Below, piece after piece: positions 47,031 to 60,799 of a stretch of 64,000 bases of DNA. Position 1 is the stretch's first letter, and every line of letters starts with the position of its first letter. The notes beneath the pieces were generated by a model that was not told the origin of the DNA, searched no databases, and worked only from the letters and a program-made list of their open reading frames with translations. The translations under genes were made by a program, and so were the position numbers. Origin of the DNA: Octopus bimaculoides (lineage: Eukaryota); contig NC_068982.1 in NCBI RefSeq assembly GCF_001194135.2, forward strand, positions 78,648,639 to 78,712,638, read 5' to 3'.

Positions 47031-49392
47031 AGTGCTGGTGGTTTTTCCTGGCTGCTGCACCTCTTCATTATTAGATTGTTATGTTTAGTTTAGAACAATA
47101 ACATTTCTAAATCTATAAGTCCATTAATGCTTTGAGACTTTCTCAGTCCTATCACCAAATGAAGTGATAGAGATTACACCATGCCACCACTGTGTATTTT
47201 CCATTGCTTAGCTAGGCTTTGCTCTATCAATGGAATTAGTGATTTTGATTTAGGTTTTTCTTTGTGTACCCAGCTGTCTTGTTTCTATAGTAGATGCTAG
47301 TATTGTGTAGAATTGTCTTTATGAAGGTCTGTTTGGCTTTCATTTTCATTGTCATTAATGTTCTTGTTCCTGTCATCATTGCTTTCAGCTTGAATCACCA
47401 ATTCAAATAACTTCTTGAAGGAAATTTTGTCTTTCATAATATTTGTCTGTCTATTGTCAATTTAAAAATGGATATTAGAAAAAAAAAATGGTCCACTCTC
47501 CTAGTCTAGCAAAGAAATCCATAAGCCTCATGCTCTCTTCATTACTTCTGCTATTACTTCCATCCCTACTTCTGTATCTTGATTTATCTCTTTGAGGCTG
47601 TTAAATTTTCTGCTGCAATTAGGACATCTCATCTGTGTCTGCAGTTGTTTATACTCAGACTGTAAAAAAAAACAAAAGAAAAAAACAAAAAAAAGCCACC
47701 ATATCTCAAAATAAAATGTGATTACTTACAGTTGTAGCGTTCACAAATAAGATTAACTGTGTTGATTTTTTTTTTTTTTTGGGATGCATGAAGTGCTACT
47801 TTGAGTCTCCTTAGTAACAGCCTTCTCCACCACATGGAGAGGTATGACTGTGTTTTGAGTGACAGTGATGGTGGCTTGTCTGTTAAATTGGGCATCCCGA
47901 AGAAACAAATGTACAAAGAACATCTTGTTCTCATGTAAAAACATCATAAATTGCATAAATAGCTATGATGTGTAAATTTAGTTAAAAATCAAGAAAAATG
48001 GATGACATTCTATAAAAGAAAAAAGAATTTCCTAAATACACTAATGGAGAGGATATTGTAGAGCTGAGGGTCTGAAATTATGGCAAAATAACTTTGAGAG
48101 AATTTCAAATCAAAGCATTTTAGCTGGGAGTAAAATGTAGATTTATATATTTATGAATGCAGTAATATGTTTTCAGTATAATTAAAGAATTGATTTAGTT
48201 TTTAATGTTATTGAGTTAAGCTATTTTTAGATTCCCAGATGAGAGTATGCCAATATCAATAAGCTATTAATATGTTTGAAGCTTTTATTCCTCATTTGTT
48301 TGATTTGGTTGAATAAATTTTGATAATTAGTTTTAGGCTAGAAAATGGAGGTAGAAATAATGATTACTTTAAAAAAAAAAAATTCAATATATTTGGATAG
48401 AGCAGCTTAGATGTTTTTTAAATAAATTATTAGATAATAAAAAAAATTGTTGCAGATAAACGTCTAATACCTCAGGCTTTGCAAGATGTTAAGGGTTGGA
48501 TATTCATGTCATTCCTGTAATAAATTACACCTTGGGAATGATGATACATTAAATTTTTATAGGGATTCAGCAATAATATTTGAAATTATAATTATTAATG
48601 TAAATCTATGTCTATTATTTGAACTTATTTATTTTTCCAATTTTAATAATGTAATTTTTTAACAACAGAATTTTTGGATATTCCCCTTATAGGCAGCACC
48701 AATAATCTTAAAATGTTGATTGCGGATATTAGTGTTCTTTAATATTCTTTAGTAATTCATGTTGATTGATCGATTGGTGGTGATTGATTTATTGGTGGAA
48801 ATTGTCATAGGACAGGAATTTTTCCTTTATTGTCTTCCTTTTAACTTTAATGACAAAATTTCTGACATGTATGAAAACATTTTTATTGGTTGATAATCAT
48901 TCTTCAGACTAACTTAAAAATAGATACTCATGCCTTATATATTTGAAGAAGATTCTCTATAATTTTCGCTATTCTAGAATTAGCATCATTATTAAAGGTC
49001 ATTGTATTTTTTCTGAATTTATTTGTGGTTGTAAAATTTAGATTATGGAAAAAAAGTTACTAAACAGCTCAAGGTTCCATGTTGTTATCAAAATGCATTT
49101 TTCTTGTGTAAAAAGAATAATTTTACCTGTAAATAAATACATTAAAAACTTGAATTTAGAAATGAAAAAATTCTTGTATTGTTTATTTTATAAAAGAAAA
49201 TAAATTAGATATAAATTAATATTTATAATTTAATGTCCTAATTTATTCCTTATAAATGATTATTTCTTCTCATGTTTCGATGGACTGACTAGAGCATGAA
49301 ATTTAAGCATGTTCTTGTAGATGTTATACAGCTGGTTCACTTAATAGCACCAATTTTGATAATTATTCCAAGGTTTTCACAAGTTTATAAAT

Positions 49393-49810
49393 AGCAGGTG
49401 TGGCTGTGTAGTTAAGAAGATTGCTTCTGAACCATGTGGTTTTCACTTCAGTCCATCTGTGCAGCACTGTGAGCAAGTGTCTTCTATTATAATCCAGGGC
49501 TGACCAAAGCCTTACAATGTATCTGGTAGACAAAAACTGAAAGAAGCTTGTTATATATAATGTGGATGTGTGTGTGCATGTTTGCATGTATTCTTGCCTA
49601 GACATTCCATGATAGTTGTAAATGACTCTCATCATCATACAAGTGAGTTTGTTTCCAGTCTTCCGTGAGAAACATGTCAGACTATGAGAAAATATTACCT
49701 TGTTTGGGAACAGGTGTAGGTTTGCAACAGGAAGAGATGGCCATTGAAATTCTCCCTCAATAGATTCTGTCCAATCTATGCAAGCATGGAAAAGTGGACG
49801 TTAAATAATG
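49393..49810 (+). mobile_element. Full-length family C SINE with RTE-like tail
   Basis: GGTGTGGCTGTGTAGTTAAGAAG head to GCAAGCATGGAAAAGTGGACGTTAAA tail. Confidence 0.85.
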
Positions 49811-49881
49811 TTAACTTTAATTAAATGTTTTAGTCTTAAAAAATTCCAAATAACTTTTTTCCTTTATGGCATGCTCTAAGA

Positions 49882-52800
49882 CAGTGGTTCTCAAACTGGG
49901 GTCCATAGTCCCCTAGGGGACCACAAACCAATTTTAGGGGTATCACAAAGGGGCACTGAAGTATTGTGAAAATCATTGACTTGAGATAGTTAAGTTAAAA
50001 ATTTTCAAAACTTTCATGTTTTTACATGCTATCATCCTTTTTTTTTGTTGTTGATTTGAAAATCCCATGCCACTCCTACATGCTCATTTGCTAGCCATAC
50101 TTGTAGAACAACGAGTGTGATTGGCCGATGGAAAATGTGCAGGTATAATGGTTGATCATGCATGAATGCTCACCTGTGTATGTTCCCGCATGACCTTGCC
50201 TTTTGTCAGACATCTATTTTCCTCTTGCATGGTAGCTGGGCTTTATAAGGCATGTTGTTTTTCATGGCAATGTATTCTGACAGAACTATCTTCTCAACAA
50301 TTATCAATTCATGGAGGTTTATCTATGGACAAAACAATGCTCACATATACTTTGATTTTCTTTCACAATTAATAGTGATAGGTAACCTTTATTGCTAATT
50401 AGTGCACCCAAAAGTTGGCTACAATAAGCCATATATGCACACCCATAGTTTAACATAAATGTGGAATAAATATACACTGATATTGTTAAATCATATTGGT
50501 TTACTGAATTTTATTTTTTTTTTACAATGCCTTCAAAGAAGAAAATGGGATATGACAAATCTTATTTGCAATTTAGTTTTACTGTGATAAAGTTTGGCAG
50601 AGAAGAGAAACCACAGTGTGTTTTGTGCTCTGAGGCTTTGGCATCTACTTCTCTAAAGTCTAGCACGTCAAAATGAAGCATCCCAGTTCAATAAATAGAG
50701 ATGTTGACTTTTCCAGACATGAAGACGACAGATTGACAAAATCCAGACTTGAAGACGACAGATTGACAAAATCCAGACTTGATTACACAGGAATGCTTTT
50801 GTTGGACATTATAACTGGTTTGAAAGCATCGTACAAGGTTTCAAGGAAAATAGCTGTTGCCCAAAAGCTCCACAATATCTGAAGAGTTGATATTGCCTTG
50901 CTGCAAAGAAATCATATTGACTGTGCTGGGAAGTTCTGAAATTCAGAAGCTGAAGCATCTCTCTCTCTCTCTCAAATGATACTGTTAGGCAAATAACTGA
51001 GCTGTCTGATAACATTCTGTTGTAGGTGGTCTCGAAGATTCACAGTTCACTTTTTAACTTTTCATGGCCCAGCTTGATGAAATGATGGATGTTGCCCACT
51101 TAGCCCAACTTTATGTTTATGTACGTTATGGAAGATGAATTCTTGTTTTGCGAAACCCTCAGCACCAAAACAACTACAAGGGAAATTTTTAACAAAGTGG
51201 ACAAATTTTTTGAGGCACATGATATCAACTGGAAGCATGCCATTGGCGTGTGCATCAACAAAGCTCTTGCGATTCTTGATTGCTGTTCAGGTTTTCAGAC
51301 TTTGGTGAAAGAAAAGTCCCCAGGTGCTATTGGTATATGCTGTACAATTCGACAAGCACTAATGGTGAAAACCATGCCTGTTGAGTTATCAAAGCAAATG
51401 CACTCAGCTCCTGTCTATTTGCTGAGTTGTGCAAAGAAAATTATTCTGAATTCGAAACACTGTTGCACTCAAAAGTGAGATGGCTTTTGAGAGGAAAAAC
51501 AATAAAGAGGGTCTTCCTTCTATGAAAAGAAGTCCATGATTATTTACAAGCTGCCAAGCCAGATTTGCACGCCAAATCCTCTGACGTTCGTTTTCTGATC
51601 TTCTTGGCAGTTTTTGTAGATATATTCGAGTCAGTGACTGCCGTCAATCTTTCACTGCAAGGGAAAGATATAACCATGTTTTATTCTCATGAAAAACTAA
51701 CTGCTTTCAAAATGAAGCTTGAACTTTGGTACCAAAGGTTGAATAGAAAAAAATTTGCATCATTTACTCTATTAAACATGTTTATTGATGAAAACAAGCT
51801 TCAAGTCGATGATGATATTGTTGAACTCATGAAATAACGTGTGTCAATACTTGGCAGAGAAATATCTTTTTATTTTCCTGATTTTCATGACTTTGACAAA
51901 CATTGCTGCTTTATCAGGAACTCCTTTGTACTCTCTGTTAGTGATCTGCCAACAGAAGACAATTTAATACAAGAGCAGTTTATTGATTTGGTCAGTGATG
52001 GAGGTGCAAATTTTTTTTCCCATGAAATGTGCTGTTCTTTTAGATTGAAATGGCAGTCATATTCTGATGGCTCTTAAAGTACTGATGCCATTTCCAACCA
52101 CCTATGAGAGTGAGACCATGTTTTCCACTCCCCTTGCCACAAAATCGACTGACTGTCACACCAGAAATGTGGGTTGCCTCTCCAAAACAGAGGCAAACAT
52201 AGAAGAGTCGGTTGCTGCAAAGCAGGTATATCCATCACACTGAACTTTGCTGTAAATAAAATGACAGACGGTCTGCTTTTGTGAGTAAATAATTTCTTAT
52301 ATAATTCATTTATGTCATGTTATGTATCAGGGATTCAGGAAAAGGGATGGGAGACCTTCAGGGGAGAAGAAGACGGTATTTCTACTAAAATTGTGGGTTT
52401 TCTGTGCATACTAATGGTCCAATTGGCAGAAATTTCTGTACATTTTGGGATGCTATTACAATTCTTCAGCTTAAAATAACCAAATTGATAGAAATGCACC
52501 TCTTGGATCATCAGTATAAGGAATGACCTGCCAATGGGGAGGAATAGCATCTCAAAACATGGTGAAAGGGGAAGGTGATGCCAAAAGCTCGAAAACCACT
52601 GTAATTTTTAGTGTGTAACCTATAGTTTCTTTCTGCCAATTGGGTATAAATGGATCTTAAGCAGTTGTTTATACAGGATGCTCAAGATATTTTGGACTGT
52701 TTCCATTTCTCATTTACTTTCTAACCAATTGATCAACTGGTTTCCCATGTTTTTATGTGTATGTATTGTACCCCAATGGAGTATTGCATGGATTAAGTTG

Positions 52801-52980
52801 TGGGTTTCGGGGTTGCGGGTTTATTGGCAGTGCGGTTCATATTCTGGAAAATACAGTACTTGAAAGTATGTCATTTTTTCCATGTTAATTATCCTGCATT
52901 TTATAGGAGACCGTGAATCATCGAAAAAAACTGAAAGGGGACTGGCATGTAAAATTTTTTGAAAAGTTTGAGAACTGCTG
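49882..52980 (+). mobile_element. Full-length hAT transposon, Buster/Charlie group; decayed transposase 50527-52243
   Basis: TIRs CAGTGGTTCTCAAACT / rc CAGCAGTTCTCAAACT; perfect 8-bp TSD CTCTAAGA (49874-49881 and 52981-52988) with central TA; MPSKKKMGYDKSYLQFSFT...EKPQCVLCSEAL, QLDE..DVAHLAQL, EDEFLFC, LAVFVDIF...NLSLQG, QVYPSH*. Confidence 0.92.
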
Positions 52981-54073
52981 CTCTAAGAAATGAGTTTGAA
53001 ACAGAAATAGTATTGTTTTCTGATTTCCACTTTCTATATGAAAGTGATTTTAAGAAAGTGATAAATTCAGAAAATCACATGAAAGCATTTAAAATATGGT
53101 TATTATTTAGGAATTTATTATTTCCATTTTTGTTAAACAATTCCACAATCTCTTTGTAAAGCTTGAAATTTTTATACTGCCACTTGTATGGTTTACTTTT
53201 TTTTTGTCTTGTTATAAATCAGATTTAGGAGTTTTGAGCAGTTGTTTTTATATCTGAATGTTCTTTGCTCTTTTAGCCAGGAATAGGATTGTCATACAGA
53301 TTTTGTAAATTTAACTGAAACTTCTGAGAATGCTGGAATTGATAGTTGGAGCATACTTTGCATGTTCATTAAACAATAATATCACATGCACTCATTATGT
53401 ATTAAAAATTCTGATGGCATCTTCAGTGTTTGTTTATTTAGATATCCTGATCTGTCACTAAACCACTTCAGAAATAGGAGATAAGAAATTATTTTGAATT
53501 GAAAATTGTAATTGGTATTTAGACATGGATAGAATGATAGTGAGGGTTCTTTCAATATAAATTCAACATATGTATTTATATAACACAGGTAAATGAGAGC
53601 TGATAAAGAAAGAAATGTATATAAATGTTTAGTATTATTATACTAATTTTGAGCAGAATGTCTCATTATATAATGTTTTAGTTGAAGTTTGTATATGCTC
53701 TGAAGATTTGGAATTTGATTGAGAGACTTCAGTGTGGCATGGTTAGGTAATTAGTGGTTTCTGGAAGAATATCTGGGGTAATTAATCACATGTTAGCTTG
53801 AAAATATAAAGTCAAGAATGACTTCTGATTGAGCTTAATTCATATTTGTGATGAAACTGAAGCAAAAATTAGTATTTTACTTCATATTGAGAACTGTTTA
53901 GTTTTTCAGTCCTTCTAGGCAAGCAACACTGAAGTTAGCAATATAGCTTACTTTCTGAGTTCAAATACTGCTGAAGCCAACTTCACATCCTAGGTTGATT
54001 TTTATCACTTGTACCCATCCCAAATTTATAGTCCTTGTAACTTTATTAGAAATCAATAGTTCAATCCTACAAG

Positions 54074-54130
<57 letters not shown>

Positions 54131-54134
54131 AACT

Positions 54135-54360
54135 TTTGTCTGTGTGGTTAAAAAGTTTACTCTGTAAACCATGTGGTTCTGGGTTTGATCCCTTGACAAG
54201 TGTCTTCTATCTTAATTTTGGATTGAATCAAGTTTTGAATGTTGAAAATTGGTAGAAATACTTGCAAAATATTGGGTTTGGTGTAATAGTTGACTAAAAC
54301 CAATCGATGGTATCTCTAAACTTGGCTGTTGTTCACTGATTGAAACCAGTAAAAGAATAA
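54135..54360 (+). mobile_element. Decayed tRNA-derived SINE (43525-43915 family)
   Basis: TGTGTGGTTAAAAAGTTTAC...GGGTTTGATCCC.TGACAAGTGTCTTCTAT...ACTGATTGAAACCAGTAAAAGAATAAAAG. Confidence 0.6.
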
Positions 54361-55759
54361 AAGAAAATATATTTCTGGCATAAAGATGGATTTTGGTAAA
54401 CATTTTAACATGAATTTTGGAGATAGGTTGAAGGACATTAATAGATATGGGATGCTAGATTTTATCATGTAATCTGTTGTTATCAGATTTATAGACTTTT
54501 GTTGTAAGTGCACTATTAATTGTATTGATAATACTCATAATTAAGTAGGAAATTATATAATTTTGTGTAATGACTGAGATTCTAGATAATCTGAAGAATT
54601 TTTTATTTTGTTAAACAAACAAAAAATAAAAAATAATCTAAGAAAATTAACCTCATTTGAAATGATTTTCAGTTTAATATTTTAGCAGTCATTTTAAAAA
54701 AACCATTGTATTGTTGGCATAGAAGGGGCAGCACCTGTGACATCTGCTGGCTTTCCCAGACTGTTGAGATTGATGGGGTTGAGATACCTGTAAGTAAAAC
54801 AGGCAGGGACAGTTAGCATGTCAATCATTTGTTATACTGTGTTGACAAGTGAGTAATTGTTTTGGATGTGGTCGATGCAGCAGCACTGCCCAAATATGTG
54901 AGTAGTACTTAATGAGTTGCACTTGAACATTGTAGAGGGTCAGTATCTAGTAAAAAACTGAAATAGAAACATTTAAATGAATTGACTCCAGTCTTGATGT
55001 ATTTATTAATTGTACTAATTTTATATCAACTTATTTTGGAATTTGAATTCAGAACACTGAACTACTATAAGGCCTTTGGTTTGGTGGTCTACCTGTTATC
55101 CACTGAACTTACAATCTAAGAAAATATTCTTGTTGCAATTATGTTGATAAAATCTTTAAATAAACTGACTTGAATTTCAAATAATATTACCATTATTATA
55201 TATCTTTTGGTGACTACTTTAAAAACTTTACATTAGAAAACATGTATTAGCTGTTACGATTACATCACTGAGATTAAATGATTTTTGTATCTTAAATTGT
55301 GAGTACATAGTTGCCTAACATGATGACATAAATGTTAAAAAATCAAGGGGCAAAAATAGAAATTTAGCTCTGTCAAAATTGATATTTTATCTGATACCTT
55401 CATCTCAGTGTTCATACATATTAATTATAAGCCTTGCAAATTAAGGCTTTATGTCTTTCCTGAACAATTCTCTTATAATTTGGGTTGATGTGCTATTGGG
55501 AGCTGCTGCTTTTACAGACAAATACACCTGCACATGCATGTGTATGCACATATTAATAATATGTATGTAGTTGAAATTAAAAACGATCATTGATAATTTG
55601 TTAAATTTGGTTGTTATTGATTTTGTAAATTATTGGTGTATTTTAGGTAAGATAAATGATAACTAGTTAACTTGTTTATTAATGAATTAATATATTCTTA
55701 ATTGAAGATGAGATAATTTTCATAAAGAAGCCAGTTAACTAAGTGGTTACCTGTTAGAT

Positions 55760-56083
55760 CAGAGGTTGTCAAACTTTTTGAGCTCCCCCCTCCTCATGGC
55801 CACATAATACCCTCAGTGTCCCCACCCCTATTTTTATGTATAAATAAATATTTTATATTTTACTAATTTATATATACTATGAATCATTTGATATTTAATA
55901 TATTATATAATTTGTATACAATACTATAATAATATAATAAATTCATAGCGTCCCCCAATTCACTGCCTCCCTCCCAGTGCCTCCTTTTTCTCCCCCCCCC
56001 CCTAAGCACCAGCACCCACCTGGACTGTGTCAATGCCCACCGGGGGTGGGTGGGGGCAGTAGCGTCCACTTTGAGAACCTATG
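55760..56083. mobile_element. hAT-type MITE with GC-rich subterminal regions and an AT-rich core
   Basis: TIRs CAGAGGTTGTCAAACT / rc CATAGGTTCTCAAAGT (13/16); TSD not convincing (5/8). Confidence 0.6.
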
Positions 56084-56149
56084 TATTCAATGGAATAAAC
56101 TGTGACACTGACTTTGGTTTGTCCAAGAGAAGAAAAAATGTGATTAACA

Positions 56150-56760
56150 GTTTACAGTTTAGAAAAAAAGTGAATGCTGACATAAAGTTGTGATTAATTT
56201 TAAACTCAAAGTCTTAATTTGGAGATGTGGCAAGGGATATGATTTTTAAAAAAAATTCATATTATTATTATTAAGGATAATGTGTATGGGATACAAAAGA
56301 TAGCTAAACCTTCTTAAGGAACACCTCTGTAAGCTATTGGTCGAATGTGCATATGGAAGATAGAGAAGATCATGTTTGGGAGAATTATTTATAAAAATTC
56401 AATGAATGTTTGAAAAGAAAAAAATCAGCTTGAAAGCAAGTATGGAGGTGATTGAGTAATGTTTCATATCAGATGGACAATAAGTGAGGAGCTGTTTAGA
56501 AGTTGCAGGTGAATAACAGAGCAAGTAATAGGGAAAAGAGTATCTGAAATAAAATGGCTGTGCATGTCCTCAATGACATAGAAAATAATTGCAAATGTCA
56601 TTAGCAGAAGTTGAACAATGGTCTAGGGTGTGATCAGATGTGCCAGCTGCATGAAAATAGTAGGTAGTGTGTCAAGCAATTAAGGCTATAAAGATGGGAA
56701 AAGCTTGTGGATCTTCAGAGAGAGACTTGTTGCTATGATGCTAAAAACACCTGGCTAGTT
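56150..56760 (+). mobile_element. Heavily decayed RTE-like region upstream of the RT domain
   Basis: SSN*GYK/AIKAIKMGKACGSSE...MLK-like motif near 56670-56750; A-rich sense bias. Confidence 0.35.
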
Positions 56761-58089
56761 TACTGTTACAATTGTTTTGTCAGATTATTCATAAGGTTAT
56801 ATGATTAACAAGTTCTTTTGCAATCATATGGTTGCAGGGTTCTATCTTACTGCATGATACTTTTAATAACATAACTTTGCATCATCTCAAACCTTGTTGA
56901 TGAAATTTGTTTGATGTAGATGGTAGAAGCTTGTCAGATGGAGTGTCTGTTTTTGATTGAAAAACTTAATTAATTCTGGGTTTAACACACTACCTGGTCC
57001 TTGGGTCTGCTTAGCCGAATCCTCTCTGCTCACATTGGAATCATGCCTGTATTTTGAAGATAACTTACAAGATAGGGTTTCTTCTTTCCTTTCTCCCACT
57101 AACCTTAGGAACTCTGTAAAAAGCAATGGAAGCCTCTCTTCTGACTTAAAAAAATTATCTGTGAAGTAACTTTACAGAGAGAAAAATAGATATGGTAAAA
57201 GCAAGGAAATGATAGAAGTCCAACTATGAATTGGGTTGAAAATGTCCTTGAGTTAGCTAATGTAATTTGGCAACAAACAAATTAACCTCTCTCTTCAGTT
57301 TAGCAAAGGCTGTTATGAATCCACGCCGTAGTATGTTGGCCAAAGTCAAGCAGGAGTGATAGGATCATGATTAGCTGTCAGTTTAGTGAAGAATCAAATT
57401 ATGTTGCTGAGTCTTTCCTCATTGTTTTTAGTTCCAGCTCAAAGGAAGTCATGTACAACTGAATATTTATAAAGCCTTCTGTATGCTGATCCACAGGACT
57501 TAGTAGGTTTTAGTTAACAGTCTGTAAGTAAGTTACAGTGATGATGGAAATGAATAACAAGGAAAGTAACCTTGTTTGGTGTACAGAAATGCTCAGTTGT
57601 TTATAATTCAATTCTGATATATTGAGAGAATACTGTATTAGAATAGTCAATAGCATGAACTACTATTAGCTGAAACTTTAAACTACTTTTATGGCTTCTG
57701 GAATTAAATAAAATCTACTTCCATGGTAACACACTCTGAGTTGATATTTTTCATGGTATATTAGAGTGCGGTTGTGATATGGGGACTAAATGCTATCACT
57801 ATTACAAACAAAGGGCTTTTTCTCTTAGAAAGCTTAGCTGCCACTTGCAAGTGAATATGACCTGCTATCTTGTACCATGGTTTTGCTAATTGTTTTAGGT
57901 GTGTATGTGGTCACAAGCAAAGATGGACAGCCTCTTTGCCTCTCACCGTTGATCCAACAGAACATTGAAGATGTGCTAGCTGTACAGTGTGAGGGTTGCA
58001 CTAGCAGTCATTTCAGTATCTTGGAGAAATGTGAAATGATTTGTCTTGCTGAAGGACAAAATGCACTGCCTGGTCCAAGAATCACCCCC

Positions 58090-58760
58090 AGGTTTATGAA
58101 CCCAACACACTAATTACTTGGACACATGCCTTCACCACTTATTCTCTTAGTATTTTTTCTTCATATATGGCTGGATGCTCTTCCTATTGCCAATTACTTT
58201 ACAGAATGTAATTGGGTGCATTTTCCTGTGGTGCCAACACAAGAGGTTGAATAGTCCTTAGTGAGACAGGAGTCACTTTATAGTGCTTTTATGTCATCAG
58301 CACTTGAAGTTGTCACACCAATCACCTGTAGAGGGAGTGCAGCTGTGGAACTGTCACAAGAAGCGTGTACTTTATATACAGTAAATGTAGAAAGTGCTTC
58401 CAACTCTAAAGTGTTTAGAATGAAGAGGGAGTGAGAGGAGGATGATGACAGCAGAAAGGCCAGAAATGGGTGACTGAGAGGGTAGATGTAGAGAGAATAC
58501 TCATTAACCTAAGACATATACATTTGCTTAGATGACTGAAAGAGTGGAATAGGAGAGAGAGAGAGAGAGATCAAAAGGACTAGAATGGGTGTGTAAGTGG
58601 AAAGAACAAGAGTATGATGGGAAAAAGGTAGGGTTATTTGAGGGAGGGAGTGGAGTCAAGTGGGGAGTGAGTGATTGGCAATAGCAGAGTTGAAAAAAAA
58701 ATGCAAATCAATAGATAAATATGGAAAGTAAAATTGTAAGTTGCATAATATTGTGTGTAC
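58090..58760 (-). mobile_element. RTE 3' UTR / family A remnant
   Basis: GGCTGGATGCTCTTCCTATTGCCAA plus a purine-rich tract (reverse complement of the CT-rich RTE 3' UTR). Confidence 0.5.
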
Positions 58761-59364
58761 TCTGTCCAGCTGTTGCATCATTCATATCTCCTGCTTATGC
58801 AGTTCTCTTATTTTATTTGAACTGATTTGTGTAAGTTCTAAATATATAACACATGTGATAGTGAAATGATATATATGATCAGTAATAGGAAGATGCACAT
58901 ACACATTTGTCTAATCTATGCTAGCATGGAAAGCAGATTTAAAATTGAATGCGTGTGTGTGTTAGTGCAGATATGTCTCTTTGATTAAGAGTTTTCTATT
59001 GCACTTGGTCTGAAGTCTTCGAAAGTTCTGTACTTTCAAATAATTCTCTCGTGCAAAATCCCTTACTTGTAAAGAAATAAGTATTGGTAACAAGAAGAAT
59101 AGGTAACTGGGAAACAAATGAAGACATTATATAAAATACTGATTTTCATAATATATTCATTTTTGTACAACATCCATTTAAAATTTTTTGTTAGTGTTTT
59201 ATATTAATGCTTAATGTTAGAGATTTAAATTTGTTTTTAAATTTTAAAGGAATATCATTTACAACCATATCTGTCTATATAGAAAACTATATTTCTTTAG
59301 ATATTAGCTGCTTTTTTAAAAAATCTCTTTTTGATATAAAGGTTAATGTTTTTTAAGTGTGTGT

Positions 59365-59505
59365 GGCATTAGGACATCCAGCTGTAGAAACTCTGCCAGA
59401 TCAGATTGGAGCCTGGTGCAGCCATCTGGTTCACAAGTCCTCAGTCAAATTGTCCAACCCATGCCAGCATGGAAAGCGGACATTAAACAATGATGATGAT
59501 GATAT
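59365..59505 (+). mobile_element. RTE-tail repeat (family A), young copy
   Basis: CATCCAGCTGTAGAAACTCTGCCAGATCAGATTGGAGCCTGGTGCAGCC...CCAACCCATGCCAGCATGGAAAGCGGACATTAAACAATGATGATG. Confidence 0.9.
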
Positions 59506-59527
59506 ATATACATATTTATAGGGAGAA

Positions 59528-59700
59528 TTCATAAAAAAAACAAAAGATGAAGACAGGTGGTGTAGACAATAAACAGATGTATTAGTTTAACCCTTGGGAA
59601 GTGAAAAAGTCTTTCACATTTCAAGCCTACACTCTTCCACAGAAAGAAACAGGGAGAGAAAATACAAAGAAGTTAGGAAAGTACAAAAAATTTCAAAGGT
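59528..59700 (-). repeat. Interspersed repeat with minimal hammerhead-like motif (copy 2)
   Basis: Minus strand TCTTT-CTGTGGA-A-GAGT-GTAG-GCTT-GAAA-TGT-G-AAAGA at 59647-59610; homologous to 4113-4270. Confidence 0.65.
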
Positions 59701-59709
59701 TCAAAAGCC

Positions 59710-59761
<52 letters not shown>

Positions 59762-60799
59762 ATCCTTTAAGTTTGTTTACAGGAAATGTTTTTGAGTATG
59801 CACATAAAAACTCCTATATGAATGCATGAACAAAGACCCATCTGAAGTTCATGGATATTACAAATTGTATTGCAATCATCTCAGGAATGTGGACTATGGT
59901 CACAAAAACATGTGAATTGTGAAAACACACAGTGATACATTGAAATATAAATTCCATTCATGTTTTGTGTTAATATGTCTTGCTAAGAGATTTTATTAGC
60001 TTGCTTGGAAACAGGTGAGGGTTAATGACATCCAGTTGTAGAAAATGCATTGCAATAAATCTAGCCCATGTGAAGATGGAAAAGTGGATATTAAATCAGT
60101 GATGATGATACATGCATGCACATTTGTCTTCTCTTACTCTTGACCTACAACTTCTCAATGAAATTGTAGGAGTGCTATCATGACTATAGCATGTCTTGGG
60201 CAGTTTTTAGTCATAGTAGAGCTCATCCATCCCCAGGTTTGATTACAGCTGATTTCTCCTGGAAGAGAGAAAGACAGAGAAAAATAGATTAGGAGAAAAT
60301 AAAAACTCAATTCCAATTCAAGGCTGGTATATTGTGTATTTGTGTAACTGCTTTGAGTGTGGTTTTGCATTACTTCGCTTTTCATACTGTTTTCTTGATG
60401 CACTTTGAATGTTGTATGTCATTTCATGTATTGTCTTAATATGTGTGTGGTATGCTGTTGTACGGCTTCAGGTCAGAGCTGACTGCACACAGATATTCAG
60501 CTGAATGATGAAAGCAACCTACAGATCTATTTTCTTAGTTATTGCCTGTCTCCCTTTAAATAAAGATCATACTGTTTGACCCAACATGCAGTGATTGATT
60601 CTAAGAAGTGTAATGTGATGACTGCATGAACAAATTTCAGTCCTTCCACTGTCAATCCATTTGTGAATATTTTCAGATTCTGGTACTGGCAGAGCATGGT
60701 TTTGGGACTAATCAGGTTACAGGTGTTGTAGCTAGCTGTTTCTCTGTCTTGGGGGTGGGGGAGCTGAGAGAGAGAGAGAGAGAGAAATAGTGTTTCTAG

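Noticed and set aside
54700-54830. Strong-looking minus-strand acceptor (GCTAAC...TTTTACTTACAG) followed by short open frames
   Set aside because: No recognisable protein similarity, clear donor or partner exons; could be chance
57877-58113. 78-aa ATG-initiated ORF
   Set aside because: Overlaps the antisense of a decayed tRNA-derived SINE head; no homology recognised
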